This document shows positions 40,201 to 52,379 of a stretch of 64,000 bases of DNA, in pieces; within the stretch, counting starts at the first letter, position 1; every line of letters starts with the position of its first letter. Source of the DNA: Phoronis australis (lineage: Eukaryota; Animalia; Phoronida); the NCBI GenBank assembly GCA_002633005.1, contig NMRA01000426.1, forward strand, positions 330,506 through 394,505, given 5' to 3'. Made by a program: the position numbers and the translations under genes. Below the pieces are notes generated by a model, which saw nothing but the letters and a program-made list of their open reading frames with translations, ran no database searches and had not been told where the DNA came from.

Positions 40201-43200
40201 GACATGCACAACACAAATCAACCATTAGAAGAGCAACACAAAGTATTGAAACACGCAAACAGTATGCTGCTAGGGGTGTTTATTAGTATCATAGAAATGG
40301 CCACTAGATGGCTCTGACCCATCAAACCTATCCAAACATGGGAAGGCATCATTTCCTAATATAAAAACTATTAGTAAAATTTAATTTAGGAGACATAGCC
40401 GCAACAAATGCCACTAAGGCGTGCTCTAGTAGTCCGACTCATCAAAAAAATCAATGCCAGTCCTGCTCTAGTCAGGACCACATCTGCCTATTTTCATAAC
40501 GATCCTCTGACTCCATGTAGGGAGTAGGATGATAAAACAAATTTTGCTTTTTTTTAAATTGAAAGTCAAGAAACTAAAGAACAGTAAGTCAGAGAAAAAA
40601 ATTGTAGCAAGTCATTTCAAACAGTATAGCTCAAGAATACACAATGCAAAAATTCACTTCTTTTTCCTTCACGTTTAAAATGGCACCCCAGCACGACTGG
40701 GTACAAATACAGCAGATCCGCCATCTTGAAAGCAACTTCCTGTTCCACAGCAATGGATAATAGCTTGTTATGAGAAACTAATAGCTGACAAATTTCTAAG
40801 CAATTGGTCCTATAATGCGCCCTCTACAGGATAAAACGTTTTAGCTTGACATCAAGGTGCACATGCGCAATTGCCAATATTTCCGCCATCTTTGACCAGA
40901 AGTTCATGATTTCGCACTTATTGATAGATCTTGTCTACATATATATTTCTTCCAATTTTTCAGCCGTGTACGTCAAAACATGCAGCCTCTTTCAGTATCT
41001 GAACTTGAAACCGAAAACTAAATGGCAGCCATGTCCACCATCTTGGATCAGATCATGACAAAAAACAATCGGCTTCCAGCACTTCTGGAGCTACATTTTG
41101 TGCGTAAATTTCAAGTGGATCGGCAGAAAAATCCGACCTGTAGAGTGCGAATAAAAAAAAATGTAAGTGCTCCTAGAAGCGACACATAGCGAAATTAACT
41201 GAAAACACTACGATGGAGATGATGACGACAATGATTATGATGATGATGGTGGCGATAATGAACAATATGATAACATTCATATGATGAACGAAGATGTCAG
41301 AAAATTAGCAACAGTCTTGTTCAACCAACAAAAATCGGTCAACAAAGGAACAGCAATATCAGAAAATCTCGAATAATGTGAAAAATGAAAAATAGTTTCT
41401 GAAACCCCATGCAAAACTATCTAACACATTAGATTCACAAAATTTTGATACTTTGAAACATTTTTAAGTTTTGCATTTTTAAAAAACTGAAAGTCAAATA
41501 ACTCAAAAACGGTAAATATGAGAAAAAAATTGTTGGCCATTTGAAAGAGTATACCTTAGAGAACTAACATGCAAAAATTCATGCCATTTCCTCTTCCCAT
41601 TCAAGACACCCCAGCACAGATGATGATGCGTCATATATGGCATTTTGAAACCAACTTCCGGATGAGCAAATCCGATAATAGCTATTTACAAGAAACTAAT
41701 ACATGAAAATTTTCGAAGCAATTGATCCATCAATATGCCCTTTACAGGACGAAACGTTTTTATTCCGAAATCAAAGTACGCATGCACAATGGCCGATATG
41801 TCTGCCAACTTTATCTGGAAGAGAATGATTTTCAGCAAATCTGTAGCACAGTCTGCTACAACAATCGTGTTGATTTTCAGTGGTGTACATGAAAAACTGT
41901 GGTCTCCATGAGTCTTAGAATCTAAATTCAAATACAAAATGGCCACCAAATCTGCCATTTTGAATCCGATCACAACGAAAACAACAGGCTTCCTGGACTT
42001 CTGGGTCTACAGGTTGTGTCTGAATTTTGTGAGAATAGGACGAAAAATGCGACTTGTAGAGTGCAAACAAAACAAGAGCAACGTGGAGTGTTGAAATGCG
42101 CCCACAAATGCATCGCAAATGGTGTGCTTTTAGGATTATTTTTTGTATTGTAAAAATGGCCACTACATGGCGCAAAAACATACAATCCATCCAAAAACGG
42201 GAACATGCCATGTTTCATAAAAATCTGTAAAGGAACTTCAAAGAAACAAAAGAAAACAGAATAACATGAAATTGCCACTAGTGGGCTCAGCAACCGTTGG
42301 ATCCGCCTGTAAGTCGTCGTTGTCTGTTGTTATCTTCATATAAATACACTAACTAAATTTAATGAAGATCCTGCAGTGGATTAATAGGAGATATAGCTAT
42401 GGGCTCGAAACAAAACATAACTACCACTAGCAGGTGCCACAGTAGTCAGTCGCCATCATCAAACGTCCTCTTTACACTGAGAACATGTATGCCAATTTTC
42501 AAAATGAATGATTTGGTTCATAGAGGGGTAGACGCCAAAAATAAGATTTGATAACAGCAAAAAATGGCTACTAAGTGGCGCAAAATACCTTGCTTCCATA
42601 CAAAACAGGATAGCATCAATTCACCGATAGAGGTCTATATTCAAAATTTTATGAAAATCTGTTGAGGACCTTTGAAGATACAGAGGTAAACAAAAAACTA
42701 AAATTGCCACTAGGGGGCACACCAATAGTCTGATCCGTCCAAAAGTCATCGTCATCTGTTGTCAACATCATAAAAATATACTTGCTAAATTAAGTAAAGA
42801 TACTGCAAATGGTTTAGGAAATAAAGCCATGAGCGCAAAAAAAACTGTCACTAGGAGGCGCCACAGCAGTCGAAGTTGTCGGAAAATCATTGTCAGCCGT
42901 ACACTTCATAGTAAAAACATACATGACAATTTTCACAATTATCCTGAAAGCAGTTTGGTTCATAGACGAGTGGACATCAAAAACCAGACTCGAAAACAGT
43001 AAAAATGGCCACTAGGTCTAGGTGACACAAACTAAGTCAAATCCATCTGAAAACTGAGAGATAGCGTCATCTCATTAACAGATGCCTGTATGCCAAATTT
43101 TATGAAAATACATTGAGGATCTTTAAAGATACAGAGGTAAACATAAAAAATTAAAATTGCCACTAGGTGGTACACCAGTAGTCAGATCTGTCCGAAAGTC

Positions 43201-44507
43201 ATTGTCATTCATTGTTAACATAATTTGAATACACTTACTAAATTTATTAAAGATACTGTGAATGGTTTAAGAGATACAGGCATAGGCACAAAAAAACAAA
43301 ACTGCCACTAGGAAGCACCAAAGTAGTCAAAGTCGTCGGAAAATCATCATCAGCCGTCCACTTCATAGTAAAAACACACATGCCAATTTTCACAATCATC
43401 CTTTGAGTGATTCAGTTGATAGAGGGGTGGACGCAAAAACAGACTCGAAAATAGTAAAAATGGCCACTAGGTGGCGCAAACTACAACGAATCCATCCGAA
43501 AACGGGAGGATAGCGTTATCTCACTATCAGGTGCCCACTCAAAACAGCTTTGTGGTAACCCATCTGCCCAATCTCATTAAGGGGTTTATAGCATCTATGT
43601 AGTCAGATAGACAATCTATCAAACCCATTGTAAGATGTCATACAGACAAATATAAGTTGTGATGCCAAACTGATGCATAAAATGACATGTTCTCTAAACA
43701 GAGTCAGTACAGATTTATGGTCACTTAATAGTAGCAAAACATTCCCATAATACCTAACTCACAATCACCAAATAGCCATAATATTGACTGTTGTATGACA
43801 TGAGTCATTACAATCAGTGTCTGAACCATGACCACAAAATGACCAGCACGTGTTCTGTAGAGTATACATGCTCACGTCCTGTGAGTATCAAACTTTACGA
43901 AAAATTCATCTTGAAAACTGACCAATTATGAGTCAGGCCTTGAGCGACCTTTCCACTCCCACCATGATTGGTTGCTTTTGAAGTCAAGTCTCGAGTTAAG
44001 TTCGGTCATCACTGGCTCAAGACTAAGGTAAAATCTCGTATGTTTTTTGCATTGGCAGATGGTATCAAATTGATCCTTCACCATATCTAAGTTAGCTGAA
44101 TAAAAACGCTAAAATTCAGATTGACCCATTTTTTCATGTCATGCATCGAGATAAATCATAATCTTGTTGTACATAGGTCTTTGAACAGTTTAACAATAAT
44201 CACAGATCAGACACTTTTTGGACTACATATACATATAACAAGACATGTGCACGACTAGACGCAAAAAATAGTGCACGACTAGTCACAAGATATACACATA
44301 CAGTGTATAACTAGTCGCAGATATACACAAGTAGTACACAACTTCACCAGGCACTTATTTTCTAATTAAAACAGTATTCTATGCCTTGGACAGTCTTTGA
44401 TGCTGTAACAGTGCATGCTTTAAGCATTCCATTGGGTGGATGAAAAGCTTACCTAAAGGACGGTCTAAAAGAATAAACCAGAGAATTAATGTAAGCAGCC
44501 AGTCCAT
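24866..44507 (-). CDS. Type I membrane protein, 419 aa (whole spliced CDS span): signal peptide, CUB, sushi/CCP, Ser/Thr stalk, TM, Tyr-motif tail
   Basis: Eight GT-AG coding exons of 55, 85, 296, 213, 72, 48, 76 and 415 nt sum to 1260 nt with matching phases from ATG (44507) to TAA (24866-24868). Extra symmetric phase-1 exons cannot be excluded. Confidence 0.88.
25776..26445. repeat. 54-bp intronic minisatellite, about 12 near-identical copies
   Basis: Unit ATGTTACATTACTAATGAGGGACAGAGGCGATGTCACTTAATTGATGTATGTTC; the array ends in fold-back ATGTTACATTA-C-TAATGTAACAT. Confidence 0.97.
26465..26540 (-). CDS. Coding exon 7: transmembrane helix
   Basis: gttgatccAG and GTAGGT; encodes GVVAGVILGLLVAILLVVLAIFFWRR (hydrophobic run with basic stop-transfer residues). 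Confidence 0.92.
26840..27070. repeat. ~75-bp tandem repeat, 2 clean copies plus a diverged third
   Basis: CATACAACAGTTGTATAAGACTTTCGTATACGGCTGTCCTATATGACTATTGTATACGACTGTTGTACATGACT duplicated. Confidence 0.85.
27642..27689 (-). CDS. Coding exon 6: juxtamembrane stalk
   Basis: tttcctttcAG and GTGAGT; 48 nt, phase 1-1; ETTIKPQQGNDGPNG. Confidence 0.85.
27810..28625. repeat. 20-bp tandem array split by a MITE
   Basis: Unit of the form GTATATGGCCATTTTGAGA on both sides of 28012-28486. Confidence 0.9.
28012..28486. mobile_element. Non-autonomous hAT-like element
   Basis: Termini CAGGGCTTGGAAT and ATTCCAAGCCCAG; direct repeat GAGAGT at 28006-28011 and 28487-28492; CpG-rich relative to the host intron. 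Confidence 0.8.
29112..29183 (-). CDS. Coding exon 5: Ser/Thr-rich stalk
   Basis: gtttcAG and GTAAGT; 72 nt, phase 1-1; MTSPAASIEVTVATVKMTSQSKT. Confidence 0.85.
29190..29345. repeat. ~37-bp tandem repeat, about 4 copies, next to a splice acceptor
   Basis: ACAACACACAAGTCTTCGAGTGTGTCATCAGTCTATT and variants. Confidence 0.8.
29613..29825 (-). CDS. Coding exon 4: sushi/CCP domain
   Basis: cacttacAG and GTAAGT; 213 nt, phase 1-1; VGCPLF...IVRCSVDF...LLRCDKKSNWNWSEEPGECI has the four Cys and Trp of a CCP module. Absent from the ORF track. Confidence 0.88.
30593..30888 (-). CDS. Coding exon 3: body of the CUB domain
   Basis: catttctAG and GTAAGT; YHTGLDCRWNIRA...KCFDYLGITD...GCG...NEVFVTFHS...RFALHYQ fits the CUB consensus. 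Confidence 0.92.
30980..32130 (+). repeat. ~160-bp-period diverged array with palindromic octamer motifs (left arm)
   Basis: ATTTGCATAAT(T/TT)ATGCAAAT-type palindromes near 31249, 31410, 31569 and 31730 (variant), followed by TAAGG..GCCATTAT.CAAAATT or a close variant. Confidence 0.85.
33730..34165 (-). repeat. Inverted copy of the ~160-bp octamer array (right arm)
   Basis: ATTTTGAATAATGGCAGCCTTAATTTGCATAAATTATGCAAATTGAC (from 34081) is nearly the exact reverse complement of ~31405-31455. Confidence 0.85.
36243..36327 (-). CDS. Coding exon 2: start of the CUB domain
   Basis: ctctttcAG and GTAAGT; 85 nt, phase 1-2; SFPRRCGNQPVISATPGGWLTSPNFPYR (CG...G.L.SPNFP motif). Confidence 0.92.
36355..36373. 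other. Small assembly gap
   Basis: 19 N bases inside an intron. Confidence 1.
36610..37300 (+). mobile_element. Interspersed ~700-bp repeat family, copy 1 (more diverged)
   Basis: Colinear with 48860-49605: TTAAAAACTACA..TTGAGTAAAC, TTCTGCTGCTAAA, GAGAATGACGCAAGAAAAT, CAGAACTACCC. Confidence 0.8.
40290..43530 (+). repeat. Complex repeat: ~930-bp diverged duplication plus a ~440-bp higher-order array of three ~145-bp subunits with CTCF-like motifs
   Basis: ~40540-41160 aligns to ~41470-42070. GCCACTAG(G/A)(T/G)GGC(G/A)C-like motifs at 42157, 42273, 42422, 42565, 42705, 42846, 43006, 43158, 43303 and 43461. Confidence 0.85.
44453..44507 (-). CDS. Coding exon 1: start codon and signal peptide (exon extends to 44568 as 5' UTR)
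   Basis: tattgtttcAG acceptor ending at 44569; ATG at 44507; MDWLLTLILWFILLDRPL; phase-1 GTAAGC donor fits exon 2. Confidence 0.78.
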
Positions 44508-47374
44508 CAACTAGAGCATGCGTCAGGGGAAGTCAGCAGTCTCTTCACCAACACCATGAGTCAGAGATCTGAAACAATACAAAGGCATGAATACCATGTA
44601 TCCGCCATGTCAAGCTGGGTGTGAATTTGCTCTTGCAGTGGAGACTTCAACATTTTACCTCTAGGTGCAGTCCACCAAGTGGTCATGAGAGGTCCATCAG
44701 CAAGCGGTGATCATTTTTACGCCATGGAAATATTCCCACTAAGTTACATAATAGGGAAGGAAAATCAATGTTTCATCATAAACCCGATATCAAGGCCAAA
44801 TAACGTAGTACAGTATGGCTGATCATGTTGTACCAACTCAATTAAAAAAGTAACTTGATGACGGTCATGATACTCCAACACTGCTCACACTTCTCAGACT
44901 GCTGCGGTGATGGAAAGTTGAAATATGGGTAGTATCAACAAGAAATAGCATGATAACTAGTAGTCAATGTCTCCAGTCAGAAGATGATTGATGCAAATAG
45001 CCTGATACAGGGGAGGGCACACAAGTGTCTGGTCAGTGCATCTGCCTGTCTGTTGACCAACACATTACATAACAGAAGGCAGCTGAGAACAATCAAACAT
45101 CACTTATCTACTCTGCAATTCACTAATTACTTGGCCATCACCAACATCAACTAGTGCTTTATCAACAAGTCTGCTTTCAACCAGATATGTCCAAACTATA
45201 CAATCAACTTCATACAAGGCTGCCGTTAATTACGTCATGTGACCACGTCTTTTTAACAAAATTTAGCAAAAAACAGGTACAAAGTTCAATGGTGTCAATA
45301 GCATAACCAAATTTTGTTTAAGAATCTTTAAAAAGAAATCTCAAAACACTGTTACAGTGTAAGTTTCAACCTTCTTCACCGCAGCAATTTAATGTCCCAC
45401 AATGCTTCATTATCGAGTGCACTCAAGAAATGCCGACATCTTATTTCAAACTAAGTAAGAGGATTACAGCAGTCACCCAGATGTTCTGATGAATGTGGGA
45501 CAGAGGATGAGGCAAGTGTTGACCGCATATTTTAATTTCAAAGAATGATCGATGCTATCATATTCCTTTTTCACACGACAAAAAAAATAAAATATCCCAT
45601 TTACAAACTGGCTAAAATGATGGCATTTTCACAAGCACTTCTGCCAGTAGCAAACATGCTAGTAATGTCAAGTAATGTCACCGGTTGCAAATGTAACTTT
45701 TGCTGGCACATTAGAGTTGGTTTGAGTTACACCAACACCAACACTGCTATGTTTTCAGAGGCACTTTTGCAGCCAAACTGCTTTTAATCACAGATAAGAA
45801 GTCTTTGTTCTATTGTGGTAGAGAGTGAACCTACTTTTACATCAATTTTCACAAAAAGTGACTCATGAGGTGAGGAAGCAAACTTAAACTGCCGACAAAA
45901 ATGACTCATTGGCACGACGACTCGTTTGTTAGGCTAAAACCAAAGCATTTTCGCTATTTAGGTAGCGTTTTAGCCAGAAAAAACAGCAAGGGTTTTCGAC
46001 AGTCGGGAGAACCCAGTATAAAACTTCACACGTCACAATCGTAACTCTGTTATCACCAGAGGACAATTATTAGCGCCGTCAACCGAGGTCAATTATTAAG
46101 TGTGATAGTTCACTCTGCTAGATTCATAAACTGAGTTGGAAATTAGTCACATCAGCCAGTATATTGCACAACAACAAACACTTTCAGCAATACGTTTCAC
46201 AGTCAAATTTCCGCATGTGTCATCTAAGACATCATGACTACATGGTATAGACACAGTACAGGTGATGAGTTACAAACTGTAAGAATCAGACTGGTATATT
46301 CCCTGGCTACATTACAAGACTTTTTATCATTTTTCCTATCGTCGGAAGATATTTGAAGGCAAACTCCAAAAGTAAAGTACCTTCCAGTTAGGAGTATTCC
46401 GAACACAAATGTTTCCACACTTTTGCATACTACGCAGCAATACTGAGTGTTGCCACTTGTTTGAATACTTACACTTAATTTTTTTAATGTTTCAACATAT
46501 CTGTTTCTTTGCACAAGATACTTGTGCATTATTAGAATTGAGATGCGAATCATTGAAACCGAGGTATTTACATATTACTGAAATTGACACACGTACACAA
46601 AACCAGATAGGATGGCACTGATGTTAACGACTCATGACACAAAATTATCCACTGAGACTCTCTTTTCACAATAACTATACTGTACTTATGGTAAACTGCA
46701 TTTGAAACAAGATGACTAACTTGCCATACAAGTACAATTCAAAACTAAACAACCAAAACTTTAAAAGAACTGTTCAACTATCTGAATTACCAAGCATCTC
46801 CCCTGACCATAGCCAGACTCCATGCAGATTGTTCACATATCAACATCAGAATTACCAAGCATCTCCCTTGAACATAGCCAGACTCCATGCAGATTGTTCA
46901 CATAATGGGTAAATAATGACCACACACCCACCATGAAGCATACGCCAGTATCCACTCATTTCACTACCTTCTAACTAGGTCTCTCACCTGTCTCTATCCA
47001 GGTGTATCAGGCCAGGTAATCACGTGACCTCATCAGGCTACCTTAACCATCAATCAGCCAAGGTGAGAAAGCCGGTGTAGACAAGAAATAGGAGTAATGG
47101 GAAATAAATGAGAGGTTTTTAGGTAATGTTACACAAGCTTCCAAATTGCACCTCCATTTCATGTCAGTCTAGCAGCTGATTGACAACTGTATGCACACAA
47201 GCAGTGTGTTCCCTAAGGACAGCATATGAACAATGAACGTCTCTAGAGCACCTTGTAAAAAGACCGACATGTTGAATGCATTAGGCCCGTGGCGAGTTAC
47301 AGAGAAACTCGTTTAACTCGTATAAGGTTCCATAGCAAATCTAGTTTTAAACTCATGGTCCCTCCAGATCTTAC

Positions 47375-47473
47375 TTGGTTAAAAGTCGTAGTTCAGTTCA
47401 GTTGATCTCCAACTGGAGTGAGTATTAGAATGATTATGCATTGACCGGAGTCCTTGAGATGAGTCAGAGAAAC
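47375..47473 (-). other. Candidate non-coding 5' UTR exon of the CUB-sushi gene
   Basis: ctttataccAG acceptor and GTAAGA donor 99 nt apart; splice signals only. Confidence 0.35.
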
Positions 47474-48126
47474 CTGGTATAAAGATTTGGAAGCCAAAAG
47501 GCACCGGGTGAGAACATAAGAGCTAGTAGAAACCACATTGACAATATCTGCAGTATTGACAATAAAAGCTCACTAATTACGGTAAAAATTCTCTAGTTTA
47601 GAAAAATTAATTATTTTCCCAAAGGTCCGAGCTTGTACCAAATTCTAGAAAATAAGCAATATTGGTTGTACCAAAGCCACTGTTTGCAATATTGGTCGTC
47701 ACAAAGTCACTGTTTGCAATACTGGTCGTCACAAAGTCACTGTTTGCAATAGATCTCCATGATAGCAACTAACAGCATATGTTAATAAAAACAACAATGG
47801 ATTAAAAACGGCTTGACATGTTTCGGCATTTATTAAAACACCATCCTCAGAAGAAAAAACAGTGGCCACCTTGTTAGGCCCAACAACAAGTAATGATACA
47901 CAGACACAGTCAGTTACAAGGAGTAACAATAGACTAGACTAACAATGACAACCTGTGGTGTGACAGTTGCCTATTGAGACTGGGCTTGCAGTTTGCACCA
48001 ATTGACGTGTAGAGTCTTATGAATTTGCAGCTCCCTTGTTTTTGCTTGTTGTATTACAGCAAAGTTATTGAAAGAGCAAATTGCAAATGATTCTTCACCT
48101 GGATGTTACACACTATAGCGATGCAT

Positions 48127-48329
48127 GAATACCTTGCACTTGCAGCCTCATTTTCAACCACTTTATGAATACCTTGCACTTGCACCCTCATTTTCAATTA
48201 CTTTATGAATACCTTGCACTTGCACCCTCATTTTCAACCACTTTATGAATACCTTGCACTTGCAGCCTCATTTTCAACCACTTTATGAATACCTTGCACT
48301 TGCACCCTCATTTTCAACCACTTTATGAA
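48127..48329. repeat. 40-bp minisatellite, 5 copies
   Basis: Unit GAATACCTTGCACTTGCA(G/C)CCTCATTTTCAACCACTTTAT. Confidence 0.95.
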
Positions 48330-48859
48330 CTGCCAAGTATATTTTCACAACGCCACAAGTACCCATCTCCCAATCTTTAGAATAAAAAAATTAATTCATC
48401 TTGAATTTCTGCGTTCCAAATTTTAGAGGATGACCTAAACTGAATAATTTTTAAAGTATAATTTTTTAAAGTAAAGCTCAAATTGTCAATATTGTCAATA
48501 TCCTGTTTTTAAGGCTTTCAAGTTTCTTCTAACGTAGCTGTGGTACATAATGTACACAGAGAAATGTTGCTGCTTTGGAAAATATGGAAAACTAAAATTT
48601 CATGAAGAGATCAAGTGACTGGTATAACCAGTGAATAGAGAGAATGTTTTTTTGCTCACGAGACTCATAACTTGAATACATGTGACATAACATGTGATAA
48701 GAAGGTAAAGTACCATAGTGATCATAGTTGCCTCACACATTTGTAAACACACAGACAACCATTTCCTGATTGACAGTTTGGTACATAAAAGAACTTAACC
48801 CTACATTGTTCATCTTGTGTGGGTCAGCTAACTAGTTATGAGCAGTGATGGATAGACTG

Positions 48860-49605
48860 TAGCCTTATGGTACAAAGCTGTATACTAAATATACAGCTTT
48901 GTACCGATGTGGGTAAAAAAGTGGTAAGATAAAATCTGACACAAAATTAGTATCATTAAAAACTACAGTCTTCCTTGAGTAAACTGAATTATTTAACGGT
49001 GCTGGAAAAATGGCGTTCTACCGTTATTCTGCTGCTAAAGTTGTGGAGCGATCTTCTGCGTCGGCTTTTGGCGCCATGAAATATTGCGTCACCTATTGGC
49101 CAGTTTCTTTTTTCGACGATTCTTCAATCAACTGTTGTTTTTTCAGAAGGTTGCGTACACGGCACAACAAATTATTGGAACTAGTTTTACTTCATTATGA
49201 GTTTTTAGAATATGGATACCAAAAAACGAATTTCAGAACAAATTTTGCTGCTGTGAAGTTGTCGCAAAAATTTAGGAAATGGCGCGTGCGCGTGACACGA
49301 GTGTACTGTTTTCAAAATGACAACATACTTTTCATTGTTACAAAAGGTCGAGAATGACGCAAGAAAATGACGTTTGTTGCATTGTTTTTCACTTAAACGG
49401 TTTAACGGGCAAGGTGAGTGTTGTTTGATTCCCAAATTTTGCGTGCACCCCGTCCGGTCTTTAGTTCTACATGTTGATACAAGTTTCACAGCGAGGTGAC
49501 GACCAGAACTACCCGGGCTGTGCCGGGGTCTACGGAAGAAATACACACAGTGGTACCTAGCTGTATTTTGTCTTTTGTCTTTATACAGCTAGCTGGCTGG
49601 CTAGT
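48860..49605 (+). mobile_element. Interspersed ~740-bp repeat family, copy 2 (possibly a non-autonomous Helitron-like element)
   Basis: Begins TAGCCT then hairpin GGTACAAAGCTGTATA-CTAAA-TATACAGCTTTGTACC; homologous to 36610-37300 and, inverted, to 51635-52368; no clear TIR or TSD. Confidence 0.75.
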
Positions 49606-50028
49606 AGTGTAGTTTAGGTACCTTGATGTTGATGCACACACATGTGAACTACTGGTTCTCATAGAAAGTACAACAGAAGAAAGGCATCTCTAAATCCATT
49701 GACAGTTTGCAATTGCTTGTTAGCAAAATGGTTTGGGAACATGACTTGAATGCCAGCAGCTCGGGTTCAACAGCAGCTCTGAACAGACTGGTAGATGTTT
49801 TGTCTACAATGGTGCCACATGAAAAAATAAGCATGGCTGGAATATGCATGCACGGGAGTCTAGAGGCAGAAAAGGGAGACAGGTCCATCTCTTAAACTAA
49901 CCCTAAAAAAACACAAATCCTCTGCTTTGAAATAAGTGAAACGAAAATTGTGTATTTCTAGTTCTGGGTGTGAGTTACAGTCAAATAAAGACTTCTCTTA
50001 CGTGCTTCCCAAGAGGCAATTGCTACTA

Positions 50029-50116
50029 AGCCAATCAGTTTGGTTGCTCAACTCATCGTACGTGGCCTTGCATGCCAGCTGTAGGGGTTCTATACCAGTC
50101 ATGGACAGGATTTTTA
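50029..50116 (+). mobile_element. Possible degenerate tRNA-derived SINE head
   Basis: A-box-like TTGCTCAACTCA and B-box-like GGTTCTATACC at tRNA-like spacing; no intact cloverleaf. Confidence 0.35.
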
Positions 50117-51104
50117 TACACATATAATGACATGCCCGTATCTGTGTACAAGTGTACCATACTTGCCAAAATTTCATTTGAAACCACAGAGTAGTACCCA
50201 TCAGGACTATTCCTACAGTCTGTCGCCTCCAATTTTACCAGTCATCCCTAGAATTTCCTAAATACCTTAGTAACTGCCTCATCAAATCAATCCTCAACCA
50301 ATAATCAAAACCGGAACCAGCCACATACCTGCATAAAGCGACTTACAGGAATCAACATTGTTGTTTTGCCAATTACCAAAAAGCTTTCCCTTTCCCTGTC
50401 ATTCCAAAACAAGGATCACATGCTGTGAACACTGTACAACCAACCACAGGTCAACTAGATACAACTCAGCAATTGTAACAACATTATGTCATACCGGTAA
50501 TTACATTCAACTGTTCATGTCAGTTCACATTTGTGAGTGAACTGGGCTCAGTGAGCTTTAGGGACAAAATATGCCTCACACTGTTTAAACCATTTATAAA
50601 GAGTTCCTACCATGCATTTTCTGAAGTTTCAGTTTGCTAAAATGATATGAATACCATAAAATCTAACTAAATAAGCTTTTGTTATGCCAAATAGTCACAA
50701 TTTTTAGTTTTGAAGTAAATAAGTTATTTCCAAGTTTCCCGCCAAATGATGTAATGGGTGGAAGTCACTTGACAATCAATTGCAATGGCGGAACACAGCA
50801 GATCAGAAGACGAGGACGATTTTGAGCAAGAACTGGAAAATTATCACGCAGAGAGGAGAGTGGATACCGGCATCACACTCAAGAAAAAAAAGAATCAGAC
50901 AACGAATTTGATTTCCCACTTAGCAAACTTTTGTCGGCTTTGAGGCCGTATGATCTTGATTCACTTGTGCGAGAAATCCGTGCATAGCTCACATAGCTGC
51001 ATTGGTTCAGTTCACTTGCACTTGGTCATATAAACAGCCCCTACTATGGACAAGGTTTGTAAACCACGGCGAGAACACTGAGACAAATGAATTGTGATCA
51101 ATAC

Positions 51105-51570
51105 TTACATAAGGAGTTTGTGTAAAAAACAATCGTTCGACCCACCTTAGAATACGCCTCTACTGTTTGGGACCTTTATACCCACAAAGGCTGTGGAGAA
51201 GGTACAGAGGAGAGCTGCTCGTTGAGTCACGAGACGTTTCAATCGCCTATCTTCTGTTGGGTCAATGTTGAACACCTTAAATTGGCCCGCCTTCAGCCAC
51301 AGATGCAAAATCTGCAGGCTAAAAATGTTTTACAAGTTCGATAAAAAGTCGATGATCATCAACTCTGATGTTACCCTTGTCACAGATTCTGCTCTCTCTG
51401 GCATCCATACCAGAAGGTCGTCTAATTATAACATTCCAATAAAATAGGACAGATTACAGGAAAAATACATTCTTTCCTAGAACAGTCGCGGAAAGGAATA
51501 GCTTGCGTGGCTACGTTACATCAGCCCCATTTCTTGACATCTTTGTTACCAAGCTACCTGCCTTCCTGAA
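51105..51570 (+). pseudogene. 5'-truncated CR1-group LINE, 3' end of ORF2
   Basis: KTIVRPTLEYASTVWD, VEKVQRRAAR, SSVGSMLNTLNWP, RLKMFYK, FFPRTVAERNSL; frameshifts and stops. Confidence 0.88.
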
Positions 51571-51634
51571 GTAGCACAGTCGGGTGACTCCATCTAGAGC
51601 ACCTGCTTGCAGTCTGCCCTACTTGGGAATGACC

Positions 51635-52368
51635 TGGCCAGCCAGCTAGCTGTATGAAGACTATCGTCAAAATACAGCTAGGTACCACTGAGTGTTGCGC
51701 TTCGACAGACCTCGAAATTGCGCACAGCCCAGATAGTTGTGCTCGTCGCCTTGTCATGAAACTTGTATCAAGATGTAGAGCTAAAGACCGTCGGAGGTGC
51801 ACGCATAATTTGAGAATCAACCGACACTCACCTTGACTATTACAGCTTTTTAATAAACAACAATCTAATAAGCGTCATTTTCTTGCATAATTCTCCGCCT
51901 TTAGTAACAAAGGAAGAGTTTGTCATCGTTTTAAAAACAATTCACTTGTCACACATGCTCGCAGCATTTCTTAAATTCTTTGCGACATCACTTCGGAGAC
52001 GATGACAGCCTAGCAGCAGCAAAGTTTATTCTGAAATTTGGTTTGCCATAATTAAAATTCTAAAAACTTGTAATAAAGCGACATCAGTTCTGATAATTTG
52101 TAGTGACACGTACGCAACCTCGTGAAAGAACAACGGTTGATTGAAGAATCAGCGAAAAAAGAAACTGAAAAATGGGTGATGCAATATATCTTGGCACCAA
52201 AAGTCGACGCAAAAGATTGCACCACAATTTTAGCAGCAACATAATGGTAAAACGCTAATTTACTCAAGAGTGTAGATTTAATGAAACTAATTTTGTGTCA
52301 GTTTTTATCTGGTCACTTTTTTACCCATACATATCTACCAGTACTAATACAGCTTTGCACCAAGGCTA
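51635..52368 (-). mobile_element. Interspersed ~740-bp repeat family, copy 3 (inverted)
   Basis: Reverse complement is colinear with 48860-49605 end to end (TAGCCTTGGTGCAAAGCTGTAT ... TACAGCTAGCTGGCTGG). Confidence 0.85.
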
Positions 52369-52379
52369 TGAACGACAAT

